Assembly: GCA_035649595.1 (NCBI GenBank)
Contig: DASRJG010000073.1
Coordinates: forward strand, 1 to 56,614
Source: Candidatus Polarisedimenticolaceae bacterium
GTDB lineage: Bacteria; Acidobacteriota; Polarisedimenticolia; Polarisedimenticolales; DASRJG01
DNA length: 56,614 nt
Reading direction: 5' to 3'
Shown: one piece after another, positions 7,577-15,598 of the stretch
Position numbering within the stretch: position 1 is the stretch's first letter
Layout: each line of letters opens with the position of its first letter
Notes under the pieces: generated by a model
What the model was told of the DNA's origin: nothing
What the model saw: the letters and a program-made list of their open reading frames with translations, nothing else
Database searches by the model: none
Made by a program: the position numbers and the translations under genes

Positions 7577-8111
7577 GCGCGCTCCGGAGCGAGGGGAACA
7601 GGAGGCCGAGCAGGCTCTCCTTCCCGACCGGCGCCCGAGCCGTGAGCACCTCCCCGGCCGTCGCCCCTGCGCCGCGATCCCCGAGAAGGATCGCGTCGGC
7701 GATCAGGACGCGGGATGGAGCGGCGCCCCCCGGCCAGGTCGCGCCGCGAATCCGATCGATCACGAGAGTGAGCGGGGCGGGCTCGAGCCGCACCGCCCTC
7801 ACCTCCGCACGGAGCGTCCGCCGCGCATCCGAGGGATCGCCGAGCTGGACGACGAGCCCCGACGCGATGCCGCGACGGTCGCGATCGGAGAAATAGAGCG
7901 TGACCGATTCGGGCGTTTCGACCGCGGCGAGCCCTTGCGCGTACACCGCCACGGACCCGAGCGCCGCGTACGCCGCGCCGGCGACGAAGACGGCCACGAG
8001 GAACGCGAACGTCCATCGCGTCCAGGACGGCGGGACACGCAGGACGTCGCCGGAGGATCGTGCTCCGGCGTGGTGGCGGAGCGCCTCTTCGCGAAAGAGT
8101 CCTTCGGTCAT
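7566..8111 (-). CDS. short HlyD-like secretion accessory protein (181 aa; lacks the long coiled-coil region)
   Basis: The real start MTEGLFREEALRHH (ATG 8111) is typical of HlyD-family N-termini and is followed by one TM helix. It overlaps the upstream stop (ATGA) and overlaps the ABC gene start by 11 nt. The upstream part of track ORF 7566..8795 was rejected. Confidence 0.55.
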   Translation of the reverse strand: MTEGLFREEALRHHAGARSSGDVLRVPPSWTRWTFAFLVAVFVAGAAYAALGSVAVYAQGLAAVETPESVTLYFSDRDRRGIASGLVVQLGDPSDARRTLRAEVRAVRLEPAPLTLVIDRIRGATWPGGAAPSRVLIADAILLGDRGAGATAGEVLTARAPVGKESLLGLLFPSLRSARGD

Positions 8112-8869
8112 CGACGGATCAGCCTCCAGCCGTCGGCGTAGAGATAGTCGAGATCGTCCCGGCGCTCCAGCCGTCCCGACACCTCGACGGGGCGACCGAC
8201 CAGATCCGCGATCCGAGACCCCAGCGGGCTTCCATCGGCCGCGACCAGGATGAGATGCGCCTCGCGCCCCCGCTCGTCTCGCGCGAACAGCATCGGCGGG
8301 ATCCCGCCCGCGAGGCATCGCAGCGCGCAGGCGCGGTGCACGGCGAGACGTCCCGGGTTCATCACGCCGAGAAAGCACTTCGAGTCGACGATCTCCCCCG
8401 TGAGCACCCGGCGCCCTTCGTCCACGATGCGCGTCGCGGGAGGGGGCGGTCCGCCGGTCGGGAGCGCGGGCTCGTAGGGCTCGATGTCGGCCAGCTCGAT
8501 CATCGTGGTCGAGCCCCGGACGATGCGCCGTCCCCGCACCGTCACCGGCCTCCCGTCGAATGCGGCCACGACGCCTCCCGCGCCGTGCTTCCCCTCGGCG
8601 ACGAGCGGATAACGGACGACCGCGGCGAACGGCGAGCCGTCGCTCGACTCCCTGGCGAGGAGCACCGGGACCGGCTCGGTCTCGATGGTCCCGCGCCAGG
8701 CCCGAGTCTCTCCGTACTCGAAGACCGCACGGTCGAAGGGGCCGGTCGCCGCCGCGAAGAGGGCGGCTCCGGCGACCGATGCCCCGAGCAGCCACCAGGC
8801 GATGCGTCGCGTCCGCGCCGCGCAGCTCGCGGGAGCGGGAAGGTAGCCGACGAAGAAGTCGTCAGACAC
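8108..8869 (-). CDS. hypothetical membrane-anchored protein with a C-x12-H-x2-C-x3-C motif
   Basis: 253-aa ORF with an N-terminal TM helix (IAWWLLGASVAGAALFAAA) and the motif DSKCFLGVMNPGRLAVHRACALRC. It is translationally coupled on both sides. No family recognised. Confidence 0.6.
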   Translation of the reverse strand: MSDDFFVGYLPAPASCAARTRRIAWWLLGASVAGAALFAAATGPFDRAVFEYGETRAWRGTIETEPVPVLLARESSDGSPFAAVVRYPLVAEGKHGAGGVVAAFDGRPVTVRGRRIVRGSTTMIELADIEPYEPALPTGGPPPPATRIVDEGRRVLTGEIVDSKCFLGVMNPGRLAVHRACALRCLAGGIPPMLFARDERGREAHLILVAADGSPLGSRIADLVGRPVEVSGRLERRDDLDYLYADGWRLIRR

Positions 8870-9863
8870 GGGCCGGCTCGACGGCGGTTCCCGGCTCGTG
8901 CGCCTCGGGGTTCACCCAGACCCGGCCCGCGACGACGCGCACGTCGAAGGTCGCGATCTTCTCCGTGAAGGGCGCGGGGGAGCGGCCGGTCTGCGGGAGG
9001 TACTGGTAGCCGTGCCAGGGGCACGTGATACAGCCGTCGATGATCCGCCCCTCGCCCAGGGGGCCTGCCTGATGCCGGCAGACGTTCGAGACCGCGGAGA
9101 TCCAGCCGTCGTAGCGAAAGACGGCGATGCGCTCCTTGTCGCAGACGATGCGGGCGCGATCCTCGGGGATCTCGGCCGCCGGCCCCGCGTCGATCCAGCC
9201 GTCCGGCCCCCGAGGCGTCGCCCGGTCCCCAGGGCGCTCGCGCGACGCGGCGAGGAGGTGGATCGACAGGAGCCAGATCATCCCCACTCCCGTCGCGATC
9301 GCGAGCGCGGGGTGGATCTCGGAGCGGAGCGCGCCGAACGCGACGTGGAGCGAAAGGAGCGCATACGCGAGATACACCGCCATGTGGAGGGACTTCCAGA
9401 CGCGAGCGCTCAGGTTGGCCAGCCAGAAGTCGTGGCTCGTCGCCGCCATTAGGAAGAGGATCACGAGCGCGCCGAGACCGAAGGTCTGGAACCCGAATCC
9501 CGTGGTCAGGAGGCTGACCAGCGGCGGCACGTTCCCCAGCGCGTGGAACTGGACGATCGCGAAGATCGCGTGCGCCAGCGCCAGGCAGAACATCGCGACG
9601 CCGAGGTGCCGCCGGTTGTAGAGGAGCGGGAGCAGCGCCGGCCGCAGCCGGCACAACGGCCCGATGGAGAGGATGACGTGGAGGAGGAGGAACGCCGCGA
9701 GAGCGAGGCCGCGGATCAGGAGGGTCTCGATCGTCGAGTCCGGATGGACCGCGGCGCCGATCGCGACGAACGCCCCGAGGAACAGCGCGACGCCCGCCGC
9801 GAGCACCGTGTCGTAGCGTCGCTTGAAGCGGTTCCAGCCGACGGCGGCGTAGGAGACGCTCAT
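8862..9863 (-). CDS. ferric-reductase-like (di-heme b, MsrQ/YedZ-type) transmembrane domain fused to a Rieske [2Fe-2S] domain
   Basis: 333-aa ORF. The N-terminal ~200 aa form a multi-TM region with conserved His residues. The C-terminus carries the Rieske motifs CRHQAGPL ... CPWHGYQY. Confidence 0.8.
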   Translation of the reverse strand: MSVSYAAVGWNRFKRRYDTVLAAGVALFLGAFVAIGAAVHPDSTIETLLIRGLALAAFLLLHVILSIGPLCRLRPALLPLLYNRRHLGVAMFCLALAHAIFAIVQFHALGNVPPLVSLLTTGFGFQTFGLGALVILFLMAATSHDFWLANLSARVWKSLHMAVYLAYALLSLHVAFGALRSEIHPALAIATGVGMIWLLSIHLLAASRERPGDRATPRGPDGWIDAGPAAEIPEDRARIVCDKERIAVFRYDGWISAVSNVCRHQAGPLGEGRIIDGCITCPWHGYQYLPQTGRSPAPFTEKIATFDVRVVAGRVWVNPEAHEPGTAVEPARV

Positions 9864-9979
9864 CGCAGGACGACGCCGGCGACGAACGCGATCGGAAGGA
9901 GGATCGCGAGCCCGATCAGGATCAGCCTGTGGGCGCGGCGGAGCGCCCGGGTCAACGCCCTCTCCCGACCGCCGCCCAT
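9860..9979 (-). CDS. possible 39-aa single-TM peptide (MGGGRERALTRALRRAHRLILIGLAILLPIAFVAGVVLR)
   Basis: Its stop overlaps the start of the ferric-reductase/Rieske gene (ATGA), which has no RBS of its own. There is no clear RBS for this ORF, and its start overlaps the 72-aa ORF end by 28 nt. Confidence 0.3.
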   Translation of the reverse strand: MGGGRERALTRALRRAHRLILIGLAILLPIAFVAGVVLR

Positions 9980-10170
9980 CGGCGCGCGATGAACGGCCAG
10001 AGCGCGATCACGCCCGGGAGGACCAGCACGCGGAACGTCCACGGCGTGCCGCGCGCCGCGGCGTCGATGCGTCCGATCCCCGTGATCACGAACGGCACGC
10101 CGATCAGCGTTCCGACGCCGAGGTAGACCCCGAGTGTCCACAGGGCGACACGGGCGGCGTCCGCATGCAT
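9952..10170 (-). CDS. small two-TM membrane protein (72 aa), function unknown
   Basis: ORF with two clear hydrophobic helices. It starts 10 nt after the stop of the upstream gene. No obvious RBS. Confidence 0.45.
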   Translation of the reverse strand: MHADAARVALWTLGVYLGVGTLIGVPFVITGIGRIDAAARGTPWTFRVLVLPGVIALWPFIARRWAAVGRGR

Positions 10171-10180
10171 GGGGCGAAGG

Positions 10181-11941
10181 TTACGGGAAGTACCAGTACA
10201 GCACCAGACTCACCGACCAGCCGCCGCGCTGGACGAGCACGTCGTAGTCGATGGTGTAGGTTCCGCCGGCCGGGAGCTGGGCGGTCAGGTCGAGGTCCTG
10301 ATCGCAGGGTGCATTTCCCGTGCACGCCACGTAGCCGGGACACCAGCCCGCGCGGGAGAACGTGCAGGACGGCCAGCCGCACGCGTTCCAGCCCATGCAC
10401 GCCGTGATGCCCCCCGGGGTGCAGTCGGTCCGGAACGGGACGCCCGTCCAGATCGGCGTGCCGTTCTTCAGGATCCGGTTCGTCCTGTGGCAGAACTCGT
10501 CGCAGTTCTGGCAGGTCCCCCCCGGGCAGTTCGAGGTGGTGGTGCAGGCGTTCCCGTTGTTCGACCCGCCGTCGCAGTAGAGCGTCCCGCCATGGCCGGT
10601 GGTGAAGAGCCGCATCACGACCTTGTTGGCCCCGAGCGGGATCGAGACCGACCGCGTCGCGAGGGGCGCGCCGCCGAACCCGACGACCTGGATCCCCGCG
10701 GCGGGGTGCTTCGCGGACGCTTCCTCGGGGCGCTTGCTGAAGGTGAACTCGCTCGTGACGTGCCAGCCCGCCGAAGCGAAGTTCGCGATCTCGGCCCCGA
10801 CGTACTTGTGCCCGGTGAGCAGCGGGGCGTACGGCGTGACGTCGAGCGAGAGCACGCGGGGGGGGACGACGCCGGTGCCGTTGGGCGCCGGGGCGTCCGT
10901 GCCGAACGGGGTGATCGCGCGCATGAGCTCGAGGTTGTCGTTGGTGACGCAGCTCCCCGTTCCCGCGATACAGCCGTCGAGCACGAGGAAGAGCTGCGCG
11001 ATCCGGTCCCACGGATCGCCGCACGGGTTCCACCCGCCGGGCGTGGGGTTCGTGCTCCCGCACTTGTCCGTGCACCCCATCTGCCCCGGCTTGCACAGCC
11101 TCGAGTCCAGCGTGTAGGTCACCGTGATCTTGGTCCAGTTCCCGGCCGGGAAATCGACGGGGACCATCAGCTGGAACCCGTCGCTGCGCTGAACGGTGCC
11201 GGGCCGCGGCGGACAGCTCTGGCCGCCGCCGAGCCAGCAGAGGGCGTCGTCGTCGTGGGCGCGCACCCGGACACGGCCGGCGACCGCCTCGATGTGCTCG
11301 TTCGAGAACGCGGACTCGTTCCCGGCCGCATCGACGGCCACGACCGCGAAGTAGTAGTTCGTCCACAGCGCGAGGCCGGTCATCGACGTGGCGAGCGACA
11401 GCCCGACGTCCTTCACGTTGTCGTAGACGTGCGATTTCGTGCCGTAGTAGACGAGGTACTTCGTCACCTCTCCCGCCGGCGCCGCCGCGGTCCAGGTGAG
11501 CTCGATCGTCGTGTCGGTGTAGCTGCCGGAGATCACCGGGAGCGTCGTGACGGTGGAGCCCCTCGATTCGGATTCGTTGCCGGCGGCGTCGACCGCAGTC
11601 ACGAGGTAGTAGGCATCGATGCCGGAGCCGAGGGCTCCGGCGTCCAGGAAGCTCGGGGTGGGCGACGTTCCGATGCGATTGCTCCCGCCCGCCTTGTCGG
11701 GGACGAAGCTCGGCACCGATCCCCGATAGACCCGATAGGAGGCGACGCTCTCCACTCCGTCGTTGACGTCGCGATCGACGAGCGACCAGGACAGCGCCGC
11801 GTCGCCCCCCGACTTGCCGACCAGGACGTTGGCCGGGGCCTTCGGCTTGGTGACGTCCGCGCCGAGCGTGGCCGGAGCCAACGCCAGAAGGGCGGGAAGC
11901 ACGAGGATCGCGGGACGCAAGGGCCGGCTCATGATCGCCAT
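10181..11941 (-). CDS. secreted protein: signal peptide, two fibronectin-III-like domains and a Cys-rich PNGase-F-like C-terminal domain
   Basis: Start chosen at MAIMSRPLRPAILVLPALLALAPATLGA (ATG 11941). FN3-like signatures are YRVYRG.., YYLVTAVDAAGNES and YYFAVVAVDAAGNES. The C-terminal ..HGGTLYCDGG..CDEFCHRTN..NG..RAGWCPGYV.. resembles the peptide-N-glycosidase F C-terminal family by eye. Confidence 0.7.
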   Translation of the reverse strand: MAIMSRPLRPAILVLPALLALAPATLGADVTKPKAPANVLVGKSGGDAALSWSLVDRDVNDGVESVASYRVYRGSVPSFVPDKAGGSNRIGTSPTPSFLDAGALGSGIDAYYLVTAVDAAGNESESRGSTVTTLPVISGSYTDTTIELTWTAAAPAGEVTKYLVYYGTKSHVYDNVKDVGLSLATSMTGLALWTNYYFAVVAVDAAGNESAFSNEHIEAVAGRVRVRAHDDDALCWLGGGQSCPPRPGTVQRSDGFQLMVPVDFPAGNWTKITVTYTLDSRLCKPGQMGCTDKCGSTNPTPGGWNPCGDPWDRIAQLFLVLDGCIAGTGSCVTNDNLELMRAITPFGTDAPAPNGTGVVPPRVLSLDVTPYAPLLTGHKYVGAEIANFASAGWHVTSEFTFSKRPEEASAKHPAAGIQVVGFGGAPLATRSVSIPLGANKVVMRLFTTGHGGTLYCDGGSNNGNACTTTSNCPGGTCQNCDEFCHRTNRILKNGTPIWTGVPFRTDCTPGGITACMGWNACGWPSCTFSRAGWCPGYVACTGNAPCDQDLDLTAQLPAGGTYTIDYDVLVQRGGWSVSLVLYWYFP

Positions 11942-11987
11942 TACGTACACCCGGTGCGCGCGACGATCAACGGGAAAAGCCGCGGCG

Positions 11988-13313
11988 TCACTTGAACAGG
12001 TGGTCGTAGCGCCCGGGCTTCCCCTGCTCCCATGGGCGATAGACATTGCAGAAGTCGATCCGCTCGCCGAGCAGCGGGTGGTCGGCCCGCCAGAGCTTGT
12101 ACAGGAGCCCCCGTCGCGGGACGCCGAGGTTCTCCTGCTGGAGCTTCACGAACGCGGTGGCGGCCGCGTGGTTGTCCCGCGTGATCTCCAGGCCGAAACG
12201 GTCGGCCTCGTGCTCCTGCCACCGCGAATACGCCCCGGCGACCGGTGTGACGACGAACGACAGCACGCCGACCAGGATGATGATGAGCGGAAGGGAGGCG
12301 ACGTCCGAGAGCTCCGTGAATCCGAACCGCGACCCGAACCGCGCGATGAGCCCTCCTTGCAGGCGATAGGCGGCATAGAGCGTGACCAGGATCAACCCGG
12401 CGAAGAAGAAGATCGATTTCACCACGTGACCGAGCACGTAGTGGCCCATCTCGTGCCCCATGACGAAGAGCAGCTCCTCCGGCGCGAGCTTGGCGATCGT
12501 CGTGTCCCAGAGGACGATCCGCTTGGTGCCGCCGAATCCGGTGACGTAGGCGTTGACCGTGTTCGTGTCCACGCTCTTCTCGACCTCGAACACGCGCGCG
12601 CCGTCGATTCCGGCGCGCCCCGCGAGGGTCAGGATCTGCTGCTCCAGCGCCTTGTTCTTCATCGGACCGAACTTGTTGAACAGCGGCGCGATCGCCACCG
12701 GGGCGACGAGCAGGAAGAACGCCGCGAGCGGGATCGCGAGCGCGCTGGTCCACAGCCACCAGCGGCGCGGGCTCTTCCGGAGGAGCAGATAGGGGATCCA
12801 CAGGAAGAGCGCGCCGATCACGATCCCCACCATGAGTCCCTTGAGCTCGTCGCCGGCCCACTTGCCGAAGGTCTGATTCGAGAGGCCGTACGCGTGAGGC
12901 CGGACGAACCCGGCGAAATAGGACAGCGGCAGATCGGCCAGGAAGTCGATGAGGGCGAACAGCGCGACGTACACGACGATCGTGAAGAGCCACACGCGTC
13001 CGATCTTCCGGGCGCGATCGCGGAGCTTCGCGGAGAGACCCGTGAAGAGGATGAGCGCCGGCACGAGCAGGCTCCAGACCTGATCGGTCGCCCAGAGCCA
13101 GTTTCCCCCGCGGGCGAAGCGAAGCGCCTTTTCGGTGGGCTCGGGAACGGGGACGGGCCCCCGCTCCGGCTCGGGCGCCGGAGAGGAATCCGCCGCCTGG
13201 TTGGCGATGCCGTGCGGGGACTCCTCGGGAGGAGGATTCGGGGGCGCGGCGAGCCCCGGCACCCCGAGCGCGAGAGCGAGGACCGCGAGGAGCACGGCAA
13301 CACGCGCGCTCAC
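11988..13313 (-). CDS. M48-family zinc metalloprotease (Ste24/HtpX-like), membrane-bound
   Basis: The GTG start at 13313 overlaps the stop of the BON gene (GTGA). HEMGH motif (VMGHEMGHYVLGH) and multiple TM helices. The upstream part of track ORF 11988..13631 was rejected. Confidence 0.85.
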   Translation of the reverse strand: MSARVAVLLAVLALALGVPGLAAPPNPPPEESPHGIANQAADSSPAPEPERGPVPVPEPTEKALRFARGGNWLWATDQVWSLLVPALILFTGLSAKLRDRARKIGRVWLFTIVVYVALFALIDFLADLPLSYFAGFVRPHAYGLSNQTFGKWAGDELKGLMVGIVIGALFLWIPYLLLRKSPRRWWLWTSALAIPLAAFFLLVAPVAIAPLFNKFGPMKNKALEQQILTLAGRAGIDGARVFEVEKSVDTNTVNAYVTGFGGTKRIVLWDTTIAKLAPEELLFVMGHEMGHYVLGHVVKSIFFFAGLILVTLYAAYRLQGGLIARFGSRFGFTELSDVASLPLIIILVGVLSFVVTPVAGAYSRWQEHEADRFGLEITRDNHAAATAFVKLQQENLGVPRRGLLYKLWRADHPLLGERIDFCNVYRPWEQGKPGRYDHLFK

Positions 13314-14044
13314 GGCTGGATCACCCGCAGCGTCGTGCTCGAGCCGAGATCCAGACGATTGTCCACCTGGCGCACGCCGTTGATCCCCCAGGCTTGCCGC
13401 TCGGCCGTGATCTTGTCGTGGAGCCGCGGCACTCGGCCCTCGAGCGTGACGGCCCCCGCGGCGACGGTCGCCGAGACCCGCCCGGGGAATCTCGGAGTCA
13501 CGCGCGCGCCGAAGACCCCATCGAGCGCCTTCTGGATCCGGGCGTCCGGCGTGTCGGGGGTCTGGATCCGATCGATGACGTCCACGACGCCTTCGACGGC
13601 TCCGCAGAGCGCGCGAAGGTCGCTCCGCCACGACGCGTGCTTCATCGTCCCGCTCAAGGTCACGACTCCGGCATCGACGGCGACCGAGATCGCCGAGGTC
13701 GCGTACCGCGGGCTCTCCGTCATCGACCGCTCGATCGCGGCGGCGATCGCGGCGTCCCCGGGTCCGGGAAACTCGAGGCGAATGCCGGTCCGATCGACGC
13801 CCGCGATTCCCTTGACCTTGCTCGCGAGCTCCACCACGTCGTCCGCTTGCCGCAGGTCGCGCACGACGCCCTGGGGGATCGCGACCCGGTCCCGGACGTC
13901 GATCTTGAGGTGGAGTCCGGCCGTGGGAGCGGAACCGCGGATGGACGCCTCGACGTTGCTCCGGAGGTCCATGTCGTCGAGGGTGCTCGCGCCCGCGCCG
14001 GCGACGGCGGTCCAGACGAGCGCGGAGGCGGTCAGGCGGCGCAC
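13310..14044 (-). CDS. BON-domain protein (three BON-like repeats), periplasmic
   Basis: 244-aa ORF with a GTG start, AGGA RBS and signal peptide. It has repeated ..V.V..G.VTL.G.V.. units characteristic of BON domains. Confidence 0.75.
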   Translation of the reverse strand: MRRLTASALVWTAVAGAGASTLDDMDLRSNVEASIRGSAPTAGLHLKIDVRDRVAIPQGVVRDLRQADDVVELASKVKGIAGVDRTGIRLEFPGPGDAAIAAAIERSMTESPRYATSAISVAVDAGVVTLSGTMKHASWRSDLRALCGAVEGVVDVIDRIQTPDTPDARIQKALDGVFGARVTPRFPGRVSATVAAGAVTLEGRVPRLHDKITAERQAWGINGVRQVDNRLDLGSSTTLRVIQP

Positions 14045-14057
14045 GCCACGATCCTAC

Positions 14058-14100
14058 GAAAAAAGGGCCGGCGCAGTTGCCCCACCGGCCCCTTTATTTT
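14058..14100 (-). terminator. intrinsic terminator downstream of the protease gene (hairpin flanked by A- and T-tracts, so potentially bidirectional)
   Basis: Plus strand reads GAAAAAA-GGGCCGG-13 nt-CCGGCCC-CTTTATTTT. Confidence 0.65.
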
Positions 14101-14119
14101 CCGAATCGCTCGTTCGCGG

Positions 14120-15496
14120 TCAGCGGCAGGTCTGTCTCTTCTTCGGACCGGCGCAATTCCTCGAGCAGCACTGCGCGTCCGCCGTGCAGACCGCTCCCGC
14201 CCCCGAGCACACGGCGGTGCAGCCGCTCGTGTTGAAGGTGCATGATCCGGTGCAGGCGAGCGTTCCTCCGGGGAAGCCCTGGCTCTGGCAGGTCTGTCCG
14301 CCGAGGTCGGCGCCGTCGCACTGCTCGCCGCCCTCACGGACGCCGTTGCCGCAGACGGCCCCTCCGCCCCCGCCCGAGCAGGTCCCGAGCAGGCCGCTGA
14401 TCTGCGGGTAGATCAGGTCCATGCGGCCGCCGGAGTTGTAGCAGCCTCCGAAGTGGTGGAGCGCGACCACCTGGTTCGTGTTCCCCGAGAAGACCGGTGA
14501 GCCGGACGAGCCGCCGATGGTGTCGCAGTAGTAGCAGACGTCCGACGTCGCGCTGTTCCCGGCGCACGGCGCCGCGCGAACCGTGCACTTGCCGCCGGGA
14601 TCCAGATCGGAGTCGATCGAGAGCTTCTTCGGGCCCGCATTGGGATGTCCCGCGACGTAGATCCGCTCCCCGACCGACGGGAGCCGATTCTCGAGCGTCG
14701 CGCACGGAACGCTGCTCGAGTTCCCGGTGGTCGTGAACAGCGTGTAGTCGAGAACCGCGTCGGTCTTGTTCAACGCGTTTCCCAGCACGCTCCCCGAGTA
14801 GGCGGCAGTGCCCGTCCCGCAGCCCGGCGTCTGGTAGTAGAAGCGGAGCTCGATCGAGGCGACCTGGCTCGCGGTCGAGGCGCAGTGGTTGTTCGTCAGG
14901 AACTGACCCGAGTCCGAGACCTTCACGGCCGTGCAGGCGCTGCAGCAGCCGATGTACTCGACCACCGCGGCGTTCGATTGGTCGTACTCCGCCGACGGGT
15001 CGTAGCATTTGACGTCGCGCCAATCCTGGGACCCGCAGACGCTCTCCGGCTGAGCGGGATCCTCGGGAGCCGGGGCCCCGATCTCGACCACGCCGCGGCC
15101 GAACGCGTCGGCCTCGAAGCCGAACGCGCTCCCGTTCGAGGCTTGCAGCCGGAGGATCGCCGTGTCGCCCCGGATCAGGTTCGCCCAGAACTCCCCGGAG
15201 CCCGCCGGTCCCTTGCCTGCGTACGCGAACGACTCGGCGCCGTCCGGACTGGCGATCTGCAGCAGATCGCCCGGAGCGAGGTCGAAGCGGTCGAAGTGCA
15301 CACGGATGTAGGTTGCCCCCGGATACCGGATCGTCCACGTGCGCGCGTTCGGTCCGGATCCGATGCCGTAAGGGTGCGGCGAGCCGAGAGCGACCGTCTC
15401 GAGCTCGCCGATCTTGGTCGCTTGGGGTGTCGCCGCCCAAGCCGCGCCGCCCGCGGCGAGCATGCCGAGAGCGGTCAGTCCTGCCAGAATCCTCAC
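14120..15496 (-). CDS. secreted trypsin-like (S1/Glu-endopeptidase-type) serine protease with Cys-rich C-terminal modules
   Basis: GTG start with a GGAGGAGGG RBS and a signal peptide. Catalytic-type motifs TNNHC and GGSSGSP. C-terminal myxo-type repeat CGNGVREGGEQCDG.. and a final C-x6-C-x5-CC-x3-C-x8-C segment. Confidence 0.8.
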   Translation of the reverse strand: MRILAGLTALGMLAAGGAAWAATPQATKIGELETVALGSPHPYGIGSGPNARTWTIRYPGATYIRVHFDRFDLAPGDLLQIASPDGAESFAYAGKGPAGSGEFWANLIRGDTAILRLQASNGSAFGFEADAFGRGVVEIGAPAPEDPAQPESVCGSQDWRDVKCYDPSAEYDQSNAAVVEYIGCCSACTAVKVSDSGQFLTNNHCASTASQVASIELRFYYQTPGCGTGTAAYSGSVLGNALNKTDAVLDYTLFTTTGNSSSVPCATLENRLPSVGERIYVAGHPNAGPKKLSIDSDLDPGGKCTVRAAPCAGNSATSDVCYYCDTIGGSSGSPVFSGNTNQVVALHHFGGCYNSGGRMDLIYPQISGLLGTCSGGGGGAVCGNGVREGGEQCDGADLGGQTCQSQGFPGGTLACTGSCTFNTSGCTAVCSGAGAVCTADAQCCSRNCAGPKKRQTCR

Positions 15497-15542
15497 ACGT
15501 CCCTCCTCCGGGGATTGGACGTTCCCCCCCTGATCCCGCGTG

Positions 15543-15571
15543 AGACTACGGCCGCGCTGTTACGCTATCAA
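15543..15571 (-). promoter_or_regulatory. candidate sigma-70 promoter of the protease gene (TTGATA-17 nt-TAGTCT)
   Basis: Motif match only: -35 at 15566-15571 and -10 at 15543-15548. Confidence 0.4.
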
Positions 15572-15598
15572 CGCCTTTTTGCGGGGGAGGCACGAGCG

